DNA from: a virus
Virus genome (UHGV): UHGV-0211740
Length of the DNA stretch: 64,000 nucleotides
Direction: 5' to 3' (one strand)
The stretch's first letter is position 1. Each line of letters begins with the position of its first letter. This document shows positions 1-9,640 of this stretch, piece after piece. The notes under the pieces were generated by a model. That model searched no databases, was not told the origin of the DNA, and saw only the letters and a program-made list of their open reading frames with translations. A program made the position numbers and the translations under genes.

Positions 1-63
1 TTGAGTGGGAGAACAGTAAAGATATCAACTTTATGTCCACAGATCTTTGGTAATTAAACTATG

Positions 64-90
64 TGGGGGGGCTCTGGCCCCCTTTATTTT
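64..90 (+). terminator. GC-rich hairpin followed by TTTATTTT; probable terminator of an upstream gene outside the window
   Basis: G-run / C-run inverted repeat then T-rich tract, read directly. Confidence 0.4.
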
Positions 91-97
91 ATCAGTG

Positions 98-126
98 TTG
101 TAAAAACGGCTATTTTATGATACAAT
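98..126 (+). promoter_or_regulatory. sigma70-like promoter TTGTAA-17-TACAAT
   Basis: Hexamers with 17-nt spacer about 35 nt upstream of the first ORF. Confidence 0.45.
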
Positions 127-159
127 ATCTAAATGGTATCGGAGTGTCCTGGAGAGGTT

Positions 160-1044
160 ATGCCAAGTAATATAGTTGATGAAAAAGACCTGTACAAGCC
201 TCAAGAGGTTAAATCTCCAAAGGCTGAAAAGGCAGAGCAGCAAACTGAAAGTGATGTAAAGTATACTATGTTTGTCAGCGGTCTTAACTACGGCGGTCGC
301 AATATAGAGATGAAGGGTAAAAACTTCACTAACGACCTTGCCATTATCTTCGATCAGGTTGAGAATTATTCTTTTAAACAAACGGTCGATAAGTCAGATT
401 TTGCAGTAGAAGATAAGTCTACCCTGTCAGATCATGCAGTGGTTAAGGATGGGGTATTTTCTTTCACTGGTCGGGTAAATACATCCCCTCATATAATTTA
501 TGAGCAAAACTACATTGATAGAAACACTGACTCCAAAAACCCTGCAGCGTCTATGCGACCTGGTGCGGCATTAGAAGCTTTGACAGAGATCATTAATAAG
601 CGACAGTTGGTTTCTTTAGTTACCGAGGAGAGACTCCTTGAAAACTACATTATAACCAGTCTTTCTGCCAACAAGTCTGTTGGTGAAGGTGCTGCAATGG
701 TGTTTGATGTGGAACTTACAGAATTCCGCACATTCTACTTGAACAAGGTTGTTAATGCAACTGTATACAGCAATCCTAAGAAGGTCGGCAAGACTCAGCA
801 AAAAGGTGCTGTCAACGATTGCAAGAATGGTAGTAACGTAGGTAACAAGAGAGACACAGGGGCATTTGCAGACACCGCGTCCACAAATGCTGCAGAAGAG
901 TGGCAGCCATACAAATCTATGATGTGGACAGATGAAAACGGTGTTACCCAATCGGCTGCAGATTGGTACTATCAGGAATATGGAAGACCTTCCACCATAG
1001 TCCCATCTGAGCAGGGAAACTACAACAAAGTTAACGGAAAATAA
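160..1044 (+). CDS. hypothetical virion-associated protein
   Basis: ORF track 133..1044; in-frame ATG at 160 preceded by GGAGAGG; first gene of a same-strand structural block. Confidence 0.55.
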   Translation: MPSNIVDEKDLYKPQEVKSPKAEKAEQQTESDVKYTMFVSGLNYGGRNIEMKGKNFTNDLAIIFDQVENYSFKQTVDKSDFAVEDKSTLSDHAVVKDGVFSFTGRVNTSPHIIYEQNYIDRNTDSKNPAASMRPGAALEALTEIINKRQLVSLVTEERLLENYIITSLSANKSVGEGAAMVFDVELTEFRTFYLNKVVNATVYSNPKKVGKTQQKGAVNDCKNGSNVGNKRDTGAFADTASTNAAEEWQPYKSMMWTDENGVTQSAADWYYQEYGRPSTIVPSEQGNYNKVNGK

Positions 1045-1056
1045 GGGGAGCGTGTA

Positions 1057-1437
1057 ATGGAGCTTAAAGATTGGTGCGTAATCACCTTTGTGTGGGACAT
1101 TGACGGCTTTCCTGATCAGACTATGCGTGTGGTTTTAGATAATGAAACCTATGAAATGCGTATGCAATGGAACGAGAGGGATGAGTCCTGGTGGTTATCT
1201 CTTGGTCCAGTAGGCGACAGTCCTTTAGTAACCAGAAAAGTAACAGCTTGTCAAGACATTTTAGACGGGCTGCATTACAGAGACGATTTACCGAAGGGTA
1301 GGCTAATGGCTCTGTCGTTTAAAGACGATCAATATTGGGGCAGGGTTGGAAGATACAACCTTGGGGCCAGATCTGAGCTACAACTTGTATACGGCACCCC
1401 GGTTGATCTTTACAAGGAACAGCAAGGGTTAGACTAA
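1057..1437 (+). CDS. hypothetical protein
   Basis: ORF track; AAGGGGAG RBS; tight packing. Confidence 0.55.
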   Translation: MELKDWCVITFVWDIDGFPDQTMRVVLDNETYEMRMQWNERDESWWLSLGPVGDSPLVTRKVTACQDILDGLHYRDDLPKGRLMALSFKDDQYWGRVGRYNLGARSELQLVYGTPVDLYKEQQGLD

Positions 1438-2441
1438 TGGCAGAGTATAGACGTAGAACATGGCGATTGTTGTTTGGTCGCCCTGTAGAACATGGCGGAA
1501 AATCAAAAACCAATATCCCAAAATCTGTTGAAAAGAAAGGAGAAAGTGATTCTGGAGTTTATGAGGTTAGCTCAGACACAGGTGCTGCCAATATAGAGTT
1601 CGACATACAAAAGGATAACACCAAAGAGCCAAACAAAGGCTATGTGATAGTTTACAACCTGTCTGACGATACGGTTAACTATCTGGACATGCACCAAGCT
1701 GATGCTCTTGCAGTGATGTTTGAGGCTGGCTATGATAATGAGAACCAGTTGATATTCTCAGGAACTGTAGAGTTTGTTGAAGATAGGTGGGAAGGCCCGA
1801 CTAGGAAAACTAAGTTCATCTTCGGAGACGGCACTGAGAATATCATTAAGTGCCAAAGCACCAGATCTTATCAGAAAGGCACACCTCTGGACTCTGTGCT
1901 TAATGACCTCCTGAAGGATATGAACTTACCAAAAGGTAGGGTTGTTGGTTTTGGAAACCAAACTTTGCAATACTCTATGGCTTTCTCTGGGAACACTGCA
2001 GAGAACCTCCGCAGATTTGCAAGACTGACCAACTCAACATTTAGCGTTCAGGATGGGGCTTTGTATTGGACCAAGGTTGGGAAAAGGTTCAAGGACTCTG
2101 TATTTGAAATCAGTGCAGAGTCTGGGATGCACGGATCGCCCACCCCTAAAAACCCAGAGCCTGCGAGAAAACGAAAAGCTAAAGCTGCTGCAAAAGGCGG
2201 TTCAACATCTAAAAAGAAAAAGAAAAACCCGAAAGAGGACGTTGGTCTTACCGTGACAACATGTCTTAACGGGGCTATCCTCCCAGAGTCAACCATCTAT
2301 CTTAAGAGCAGGCAATATACAGGCTTCTACAAGGTGATCACAGTGCACCACAAGGGCACCATCGAAGGAGGTGATTACATTACAGAGCTTGGACTTGGGG
2401 AAGCTGTTGGTGGGGTTGTTGACAAAACTGAGGAGGTATAA
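1437..2441 (+). CDS. hypothetical structural protein with lysine-rich segment
   Basis: ORF track; start overlaps upstream stop (TAATG); KRKAKAAAKGGSTSKKKKK tract. Confidence 0.55.
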   Translation: MAEYRRRTWRLLFGRPVEHGGKSKTNIPKSVEKKGESDSGVYEVSSDTGAANIEFDIQKDNTKEPNKGYVIVYNLSDDTVNYLDMHQADALAVMFEAGYDNENQLIFSGTVEFVEDRWEGPTRKTKFIFGDGTENIIKCQSTRSYQKGTPLDSVLNDLLKDMNLPKGRVVGFGNQTLQYSMAFSGNTAENLRRFARLTNSTFSVQDGALYWTKVGKRFKDSVFEISAESGMHGSPTPKNPEPARKRKAKAAAKGGSTSKKKKKNPKEDVGLTVTTCLNGAILPESTIYLKSRQYTGFYKVITVHHKGTIEGGDYITELGLGEAVGGVVDKTEEV

Positions 2442-3118
2442 TGGCAATAAACAGGAAAGATGCTGCTGTAAGATCCTTTATAGAAAAGATAATGAGGGAC
2501 TACCACACCAGTATTAGAGCCAGAGTTGTCAGTGTAGATTACAGTATCCCCTCTGCAGCCGTGCAGCCAATAGCCGAAACCATGTTTGACGATGGGGATG
2601 TAGAAAGGTACCCTCTTATCTATGATGTCCCAATTCAGGTGATGTCTGCAAATGGTGGTAAGGCAAGGTTAACACTTCCTATTAAAGCTGGTGATGTTGT
2701 AGGGCTGCAATTTTCAGAGAGAAATGAAAACAATAACGATGACCAGCAAACCCACGGCCTGTTTCCAGGATGGGCTATCACCTCTGTTCATTCTGACTCT
2801 AATGCCTTGCAGATCGACCCTGATAATGTAGAGTTATGGAACGACAGGGTTTATTTTAAACTAACACCTTCTGGTGATTTTGAGCTTCAAACACCGGGCG
2901 GAACATTACGGTGCGACAGTAGCGGGGAGTTTTCTTTTACTAACGGAGCTGCCAATTTACGCGCTGCCGTAGATGGGAATATTAGAATGAATGGTGCCAC
3001 AATAGATCCGTCAGGTAGAATCATAACGGCTGCTGGTGTGGATTTGGATTCATTCTATGCAGAATATAAAGGTCATACTCACTCTTGCCCTGATGGCGAG
3101 ACCAGTGGACCGCACTAA
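2441..3118 (+). CDS. putative baseplate or tail spike-like protein
   Basis: ORF track; GAGGAGG RBS; position ahead of baseplate-like gene; assignment tentative. Confidence 0.4.
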   Translation: MAINRKDAAVRSFIEKIMRDYHTSIRARVVSVDYSIPSAAVQPIAETMFDDGDVERYPLIYDVPIQVMSANGGKARLTLPIKAGDVVGLQFSERNENNNDDQQTHGLFPGWAITSVHSDSNALQIDPDNVELWNDRVYFKLTPSGDFELQTPGGTLRCDSSGEFSFTNGAANLRAAVDGNIRMNGATIDPSGRIITAAGVDLDSFYAEYKGHTHSCPDGETSGPH

Positions 3119-3130
3119 TAGAGGGCTTGC

Positions 3131-3847
3131 ATGGCTACGCTTTATAGTGATATATTGATGGACCCGCAGACAGGCGATTTGGCAATAGACAACGGTCTTG
3201 AGTTGATAGATTCAAACCAAATAAGTCTGCGCCAGCGCCTGTGGATGAGGTTTAACACATGGAAGGGGAGCTGGTACTTTGACGAGTTGTTTGGCTTCCC
3301 TTATATGGACTTTCTTAGTAAGAAGGTCATGAAGACTGTTCTTGATAACAAGATTATGGAGGTGGCAAGACAGGAGCCTGATGTGCTAAACATCATAAAC
3401 TTCCAGTCTACCATGGATCGAAGATCGAGAACATACCAGGCGTTCTTTGAGGTTGTTACCAAGGAGAACGAAATTGTAAGACTGGCCTTCGTAGGTCTTG
3501 ATCAGTTCACTTACCCACAACCTGATGATGGAGCAACTTCTCTTTGTGATGATGAAGGCTGGATTAAGTGGGCTAATAAGCTGTACTACCTAATCAACTT
3601 CAGACTACCGAGGACAGGTGATGCCACATGGTGGAACCAGTATGCTGGCCCTGAGATGGAAAACCCGATCCCTGTAGGCTCTTTGTTGACTCAGGATAAA
3701 GATCTGCTGATGACTGAGGCAGAACAAACCATTAACCGTAATACCTGGACGCTTGCTCCAGATGAGCGCGAATACTCTGGCGTTATTGCTACCTCTAATG
3801 ATGAGGCTATTGCCAACCAGTCTGGTCGTGCTATTGATGTTAACTAA
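3131..3847 (+). CDS. baseplate wedge-like protein (gp25/GPW-like N-terminal motif)
   Basis: N-terminal LYSDI...QRLWMRFNTWKGSWYFDELFGFPY resembles the gp25/GPW signature as recalled; no search run. Confidence 0.4.
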   Translation: MATLYSDILMDPQTGDLAIDNGLELIDSNQISLRQRLWMRFNTWKGSWYFDELFGFPYMDFLSKKVMKTVLDNKIMEVARQEPDVLNIINFQSTMDRRSRTYQAFFEVVTKENEIVRLAFVGLDQFTYPQPDDGATSLCDDEGWIKWANKLYYLINFRLPRTGDATWWNQYAGPEMENPIPVGSLLTQDKDLLMTEAEQTINRNTWTLAPDEREYSGVIATSNDEAIANQSGRAIDVN

Positions 3848-3856
3848 GGAGAAATC

Positions 3857-4525
3857 ATGGCTGTAGCTTATCCTACAATACCAATTCCAGATCTTGAAGA
3901 TGCAGAAACAGTCTTGAGCGATGACTTCTTGGTTGTCAACCAGACTGATGGGACAAGAAAGGCTAAGATTGATGATGTTGTCAATGATCTTAGTATTACT
4001 AAGATAGTTTATTTCACAGAGGGTGGTTATCTTAAAAGTAAGAAAGATTTTGCCTACGATCCTGAGACTAAGCGCTACTACACGTGGAACGGGGATTATC
4101 CTAAAATAATCCTTCCTGATTCCACTGTGGAGGGGGCAGGAGGGGTATCTGCAAAAGCCTGGTCTGTTTTTGGAGAGCTTGCTGCAACTTCTTCAGGCAG
4201 GATAGTTGACTACGGGTCTATCGGCGGTCAGTTGGACATGGATCTTAACGTTGCAGACACATTTAAAGTTAGGCTTACTTCGAATACCACAATCTCTTTT
4301 GAAAATCAAACAGAGGGGCTTAACGAGGTGGCAAGAACTGTGACTGTATGCATTACCCAGTCCTCTGGCGGCAACAAGGTTTATTGGCCTGACAATGTTA
4401 AATGGGCCTACGGAAGAGATCCTATCCTAACATTCACAGCTGGTGCAACAGACATTTTCAAGTTAGAAACCTACGATAATGGACTAACTTGGTACGGGGC
4501 ACTGATTATAGCAGGAGCTATCTAA
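3857..4525 (+). CDS. tail fibre/spike protein with shared N-terminal anchor domain
   Basis: AAGGAG RBS; N-terminal ~70 aa homologous to N-terminus of the 7160 gene (DDxLVVxQxDxTRxxKIxDVV ... FxEGG ... DFAY). Confidence 0.5.
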   Translation: MAVAYPTIPIPDLEDAETVLSDDFLVVNQTDGTRKAKIDDVVNDLSITKIVYFTEGGYLKSKKDFAYDPETKRYYTWNGDYPKIILPDSTVEGAGGVSAKAWSVFGELAATSSGRIVDYGSIGGQLDMDLNVADTFKVRLTSNTTISFENQTEGLNEVARTVTVCITQSSGGNKVYWPDNVKWAYGRDPILTFTAGATDIFKLETYDNGLTWYGALIIAGAI

Positions 4526-4526
4526 G

Positions 4527-7124
4527 ATGCGTATTCAACACAACATTGATAACGTATTTCAGATGATTGAGGGGCACAGGAAGTGCCTCGATAATAACAC
4601 AGGTATTACCAACACCACTACACAAAATAAGCTAGTAAACCCTGATGGTCTTATAGCTGCAGGGTGGGCAGGTAATAAGATAAACAATGATTGGGCAATG
4701 CATGAGGCCCAAGCTGTGTTGATTCTGGGGTACATTGAAGCATATAGGGCATCGAAAAGCGATTTCTATCTGGACAGGGCAAAAGAGGCTTGGGAAGCTT
4801 ACAATAGTCATCTCTTGGGAGTATACGCAGTAGAAAGTAAAATGCAAAGACTATCCCACTACCCGTTATCTACTGATGGGGTTCCATCCCATGGTGGGTT
4901 TAAAGATGTGGTGGTGTCTTTTAACAAAGGTAGAGGAAAAATTCCGGCGGGATCTCCGACATGGGGTGAATACCTGGATAAAGCATTCCAGGCGTATAAC
5001 GGTGTGTTGGGAAGAAACACAGTTGATGCGGATGTTTACGGCGGCACAGATGCTAACCCCAACTGGACAACATCCGGATTAAGTTGGTGGGTTGAATGGT
5101 ATATAGCGTGGGACGGTAACCGCTATTGGGCCAACGGCAGCATAGCTGACAGTGGGCACACATCTGCAGAGTTTGGCACAATACAGCTGCAAGATAAGGG
5201 CGTTACAGGTAGCCATAAGGTAACCTACTGTGTGAGATTGCCTCAAGAGCAAGGTGGATCTGTGATACCTTCAGGATCTCCAGTAGTTGTAAACCCTATA
5301 AACGTGGTTGCAGATAATCAGGCTCCGGAATTGGACGGAGAAGAGATGTGGTGTGACGCTTGTTATCAACTCTACTCTTTGACAGGCGAGGAGAAGTATT
5401 ACACTGCGTTTAAACAGTCTTACGACAAGCTGCTTAATTTCAGTGATATAAACGCCTACGACAAACTGTTTAGAAAGACCACGTTGATTAAGGCACCGTT
5501 TACAGATGGTACTTGTCTTGTTGCAGGAACAGTTCCTGCTATGAGCAGGGACAGTGACGGATATATCAACTTTAGAATGAACGCACGCCAGCCCTGCGAG
5601 ATAATTCAAAAAGGTACCACCTACAAAATAGGTAGAGATACTGAAATTGTTATGAATTTCGGGGGAGAAGGTGTTCTGTTCCAGCCTCATTTCATCATTA
5701 ACGATGGCAACAATAATAAAAAACAATACAGAATAGGGGTTCCTTTTGGTGCGGCAGATGTAACAGAGGTAGTTGCCAAAGTTACTGATTTCGTCGAGGT
5801 GGTGGGGAAGGATGGTAACCCGTACCTCCTGCCTGAGGAGGAGAACATTGTCGTAACTGGTGGCGCTAGTGTTAGTATGCAATACGCTACTGACATTTAC
5901 AACCACTCTGACAACTTCTCCCGTTGCAATATAGCAAAAGGTAAAGTAACTTTCAATTTCGGAAGAGAGATTTCTTTAAACTCAGTGACTTACCGATCAG
6001 ATGATGAAATGGTAAGAGTCAAATTCCTTGACAAAGATCGTTGGTTATGGTATGCTGATCTATATGCTACTAACGGACAATGGGTAACAGAAACTCTTAC
6101 TTTAGGGGATTTCAAACTAGACCCAACACAACCTCATCACACCGAGGAGGAGATTAAGCCTTTCTTTGCTAACACCAAAGGTATTACCTCTGTAGATTTC
6201 AGTCTGAGCGATAGACAGATAGGAAATGGCCTGTTTGATCTGTATTGCGTCAATACGCTGCCTCAATTCTATATTGCAGATATGGATGCTTACCTAATCT
6301 GGTTTAGTGTATGGATGGCAAGCAAGACAGAATCGGTTGCTAAAGTTGGCGATTGCTATGTCAGAAACTACAAGCAAGGGGCATACAGACACACTCCAGG
6401 TGTGTTCCCTGCAGGGAAGGTGATAGATAAGGAAAGTTATCTTCTGGAAGAAAAGCCAAATTGGCCCTACCCAGGCATGCAATACCCAGCGGTATATTGT
6501 ATGGGCGCGGAAAACATAGATCGCCTCAGGTTGTCAAATACAATTGGGTTTATGTACGACTCTCAAGTTTGGTATAATAACACATTTAAAACCGAAGGAC
6601 CAGTCGCATCCCGCTACGTGTGGCAGAGAGGTAATGAGGGATTGTCTGGTTGGTGGGAGATGGTAGATAACTCTAAACTCCAGTCAAGATCTTTTGTTGC
6701 TGCGTGCCGCACAATATATGAGCTCAAGAAACATAAAGAGCCTGTTGATGAAAAACTTTTCCTGTTCTGCCAGAGATGGGCATGGTTCCTCAACAGATTC
6801 CAATCATCTCATTCTGGAAATCTTCCCACAGACTTTAACACCTCTGGAGGATATTCTTATCAAGACAGAGGAGACAGGATGTGGGTGGTCGGTGAGTGGC
6901 TTGCAGGTTGCTGCTGGTTAGGCTTGTGTGGGTATTCAGAGACAATACCTCAAATAGATATTGTTGTAGAAGCTTGCATGAAGCTGCTGCAAAAGCACCA
7001 CTTCATTAATGGCGATAATGTTTTAAACGGCTGCTGGGCAGTTTCTGATCCGGTAGGCTATCACTCTGGCGAAATCCTTCGCGGTCTAGGCCTTTATGCT
7101 CAATACCGTGGATTGTACCTTTAA
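4527..7124 (+). CDS. large virion/tail protein, function unknown
   Basis: 865-aa ORF, Trp/Tyr/Gly-rich; GGAG RBS; sits between two anchor-domain proteins. Confidence 0.55.
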   Translation: MRIQHNIDNVFQMIEGHRKCLDNNTGITNTTTQNKLVNPDGLIAAGWAGNKINNDWAMHEAQAVLILGYIEAYRASKSDFYLDRAKEAWEAYNSHLLGVYAVESKMQRLSHYPLSTDGVPSHGGFKDVVVSFNKGRGKIPAGSPTWGEYLDKAFQAYNGVLGRNTVDADVYGGTDANPNWTTSGLSWWVEWYIAWDGNRYWANGSIADSGHTSAEFGTIQLQDKGVTGSHKVTYCVRLPQEQGGSVIPSGSPVVVNPINVVADNQAPELDGEEMWCDACYQLYSLTGEEKYYTAFKQSYDKLLNFSDINAYDKLFRKTTLIKAPFTDGTCLVAGTVPAMSRDSDGYINFRMNARQPCEIIQKGTTYKIGRDTEIVMNFGGEGVLFQPHFIINDGNNNKKQYRIGVPFGAADVTEVVAKVTDFVEVVGKDGNPYLLPEEENIVVTGGASVSMQYATDIYNHSDNFSRCNIAKGKVTFNFGREISLNSVTYRSDDEMVRVKFLDKDRWLWYADLYATNGQWVTETLTLGDFKLDPTQPHHTEEEIKPFFANTKGITSVDFSLSDRQIGNGLFDLYCVNTLPQFYIADMDAYLIWFSVWMASKTESVAKVGDCYVRNYKQGAYRHTPGVFPAGKVIDKESYLLEEKPNWPYPGMQYPAVYCMGAENIDRLRLSNTIGFMYDSQVWYNNTFKTEGPVASRYVWQRGNEGLSGWWEMVDNSKLQSRSFVAACRTIYELKKHKEPVDEKLFLFCQRWAWFLNRFQSSHSGNLPTDFNTSGGYSYQDRGDRMWVVGEWLAGCCWLGLCGYSETIPQIDIVVEACMKLLQKHHFINGDNVLNGCWAVSDPVGYHSGEILRGLGLYAQYRGLYL

Positions 7125-7127
7125 CAT

Positions 7128-7147
7128 AAGGGGGCTGTTTGCCCCCT
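7128..7147 (+). promoter_or_regulatory. intergenic GC hairpin (GGGGGC-loop-GCCCCC)
   Basis: Inverted repeat between stop of 4527 gene and RBS of 7160 gene; no T-tract. Confidence 0.35.
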
Positions 7148-7159
7148 TCAGGAGAAAGA

Positions 7160-9640
7160 ATGGCTGATATTAAAGTTGTCAGAATTGAATCTCTTCCTGC
7201 CACCACAGCAGTGGCAGAGGATGATTACCTGGTTGTTCAACAACCAGACCTGACCCGTCGTGTAAAAATTGGCGATGTTGTCCATGTGGATGGGACTGTT
7301 TCTCATGTGATCTCCTTTAAGGAAGGTGGTAAGTTAAATGGCCCAATGGATTTTGCCTACTTCGAAGAGGAAGACCTCTACCTGCGTTGGAAGGGCGAAT
7401 TCCCGCACACTGTTCCTGCACTGTCCTCACCATACTCTGATGGCGGTATTACTGATGCCACATGGATGGTATATACAGACCCTTCCTTAAGAGAGGAGCT
7501 GGAATCAACAATTGGCGCATCCATGATTATGACAGCCGAAGGGCAGTCTGTCCAGGATGTAATGGATGTTACAGTTAAGACAGCCAACGATGCTAAAGCG
7601 CTTGCACAGCGGGTGGATTTTGGCACTGTGCACACAGTGGGTGATGTTATTCACCTGGATAATTTTGTTGGCCCTGCAGTTATTGAAGAGGGAAGAACCA
7701 CCAACTATCCTTCTGAAGCCACTGGTGAAAAATTTCTGAACGGTGTGGTATCTCGTCGTGATACTACAACTGTTGATGGCATTTTCCGTGGCGCTACCTC
7801 TGGAGCTATGTACACCATTGCAGTAACCAACGGTGTCGCAACAACAAAAAGAATAGCCCTTCGTGATGAATTTAAACGCCTGGAGGCAAGCAACCCAACA
7901 AGAACAGTTATCCGTGCTGGAGATGATTTAAACACGGCAGGGTACTTGCAGCTTGATGCAACAGGCCGTTGGGGTATGTGGAACCAACAAACAGCTTCGT
8001 GGCAACCTCTTGCTATAGAGCAAGGCGGTACAGGGGCCAGAGATGCCGCAGGTGCACGTATTAACTTAGGGGCTTTCTATAAGCAACGTGCAGCCCTTGA
8101 GCCAAATTTCAATATCAATAACTTGACTGGTAATCAGGATGGTGTATACTACCAGCCGATGACTGCTTATGCAACCGAGGCAAATGGTTACCCTGCAGGT
8201 TCTGGTGCTGGTCACTTGATTGTTTGGCAGAACAATGCTAACGGCGGTACAGGTTGTCGTCAGGAATACTACCCGTTCTCTAACGTGGATGTTTGGTATC
8301 TGAGAACCTACCAAGCCAACACAAACCAGTGGACTGCATGGCAGCCGATGGTCAGACCTCGTAACGATGATACCTTTAGAGCGCACATCGGTCTTGGTTC
8401 CAGAAATTCCCCTACCTTCGGGCACCTTTACCTGTCTCAAAGCTCTGCGGATGTTAAGTCAGCATCAGGTATTGTTCACGGAGACAAATACAGTGCTGAC
8501 GGCGTTCTTGAGCATGGGTATAGAATTTACTCCGAGGTAAGAAACGACAATAAGGCTTGGTTGACAATCCACCTCCACAAAGGTGCAAAAGGGTCTGAAA
8601 CTCATAGATATTTAGGCTTCCGTGAAGACGGTGTGTTAGATTGTCCTAAATATATGCAGGTTGGTGATCTGAACGGTCAGCTGGCAAACTGGGGACTTGG
8701 AGAATGGATCCGCAGTTCAGGAGCAGAAAGAGGTTTCTGGGGATCCAAGAAAGCCGCCAAGATGGTCATCTGGGATGGCGGTATGGATGAGCAAGGTGAA
8801 GGCACTCTGGAATGGGGTGTTTATAACAACCGCAAGGCTAAATGGGAACCTTTGCCGATAGGTTGCGGTGGCACCAGTGCTAGGACTGTGGGAGATGCCC
8901 AGGCACAATTCAGAATCCCTCTTGCAGCAGGTGTCAGACCATATATAAACCTGCCTAGAACTGCAGCGATGCAGGATGGCAAGTATTATCCGATTATTGT
9001 CAGAACAGATCCTAACCATGCGCCAACAATCGGGACAGATTTAACCATCGTTACCAGATCTTCTTCTGGCAGCGATCCTATGAACTGTGCTACACTGCAG
9101 TGCCACTACAGAACTGGTGGCTGGACTGATCGTGGTGACTTCTTTACCGGGTCGATAAATTTCTACCAGAAGGAGAAGGCGATACTTGGGTGCGTTGCTC
9201 CAACAAGGGGTAAACAAGAGTATGTTGCGTTCTATGTAGAGGCACGTGCCTTCCCTGTAACAGTGTATGCCAGCGCTGACGTAATAGAGGTGTCAACAAG
9301 AGAGGCAGACTGGCAGGTTGGCAATGTAACAGACAACCAAGACGGTGTTAAATTCTGTGCACCTCTAGCATCTGCTGACTTGAATCTAGCAATCAAAGGT
9401 GACAATGTAACAAACACTCGACCTCTGGCTGAATTTAATGGTGTAACAGGTTTCTACACCAATCAGTGGATGTATCGTGGGTCTTCTGACAGATATTTCC
9501 TGTCCAATAAAACAGAGTTTGGCCTGACAGAGTTATGGTGCAACGGTCTTAACTACATCTGCCCAGGTAGTCAGACTACTCGAAAAGCACTGTTCTCTAA
9601 CGCAGGGTTCCAGGCTGATAGGAAAGAACAGAGGATCTGA
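7160..9640 (+). CDS. tail fibre/tailspike protein, N-terminal and central part
   Basis: ORF track 7139..9640; ATG at 7160 after AGGAGAAA; N-terminal anchor domain paralogous to 3857 gene; ends at TGA 9638-9640. Confidence 0.65.
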   Translation: MADIKVVRIESLPATTAVAEDDYLVVQQPDLTRRVKIGDVVHVDGTVSHVISFKEGGKLNGPMDFAYFEEEDLYLRWKGEFPHTVPALSSPYSDGGITDATWMVYTDPSLREELESTIGASMIMTAEGQSVQDVMDVTVKTANDAKALAQRVDFGTVHTVGDVIHLDNFVGPAVIEEGRTTNYPSEATGEKFLNGVVSRRDTTTVDGIFRGATSGAMYTIAVTNGVATTKRIALRDEFKRLEASNPTRTVIRAGDDLNTAGYLQLDATGRWGMWNQQTASWQPLAIEQGGTGARDAAGARINLGAFYKQRAALEPNFNINNLTGNQDGVYYQPMTAYATEANGYPAGSGAGHLIVWQNNANGGTGCRQEYYPFSNVDVWYLRTYQANTNQWTAWQPMVRPRNDDTFRAHIGLGSRNSPTFGHLYLSQSSADVKSASGIVHGDKYSADGVLEHGYRIYSEVRNDNKAWLTIHLHKGAKGSETHRYLGFREDGVLDCPKYMQVGDLNGQLANWGLGEWIRSSGAERGFWGSKKAAKMVIWDGGMDEQGEGTLEWGVYNNRKAKWEPLPIGCGGTSARTVGDAQAQFRIPLAAGVRPYINLPRTAAMQDGKYYPIIVRTDPNHAPTIGTDLTIVTRSSSGSDPMNCATLQCHYRTGGWTDRGDFFTGSINFYQKEKAILGCVAPTRGKQEYVAFYVEARAFPVTVYASADVIEVSTREADWQVGNVTDNQDGVKFCAPLASADLNLAIKGDNVTNTRPLAEFNGVTGFYTNQWMYRGSSDRYFLSNKTEFGLTELWCNGLNYICPGSQTTRKALFSNAGFQADRKEQRI

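Noticed and set aside
5271-5906. 211-aa minus-strand ORF
   Set aside because: Lies wholly inside the 865-aa plus-strand ORF; no RBS; likely a chance antisense frame.
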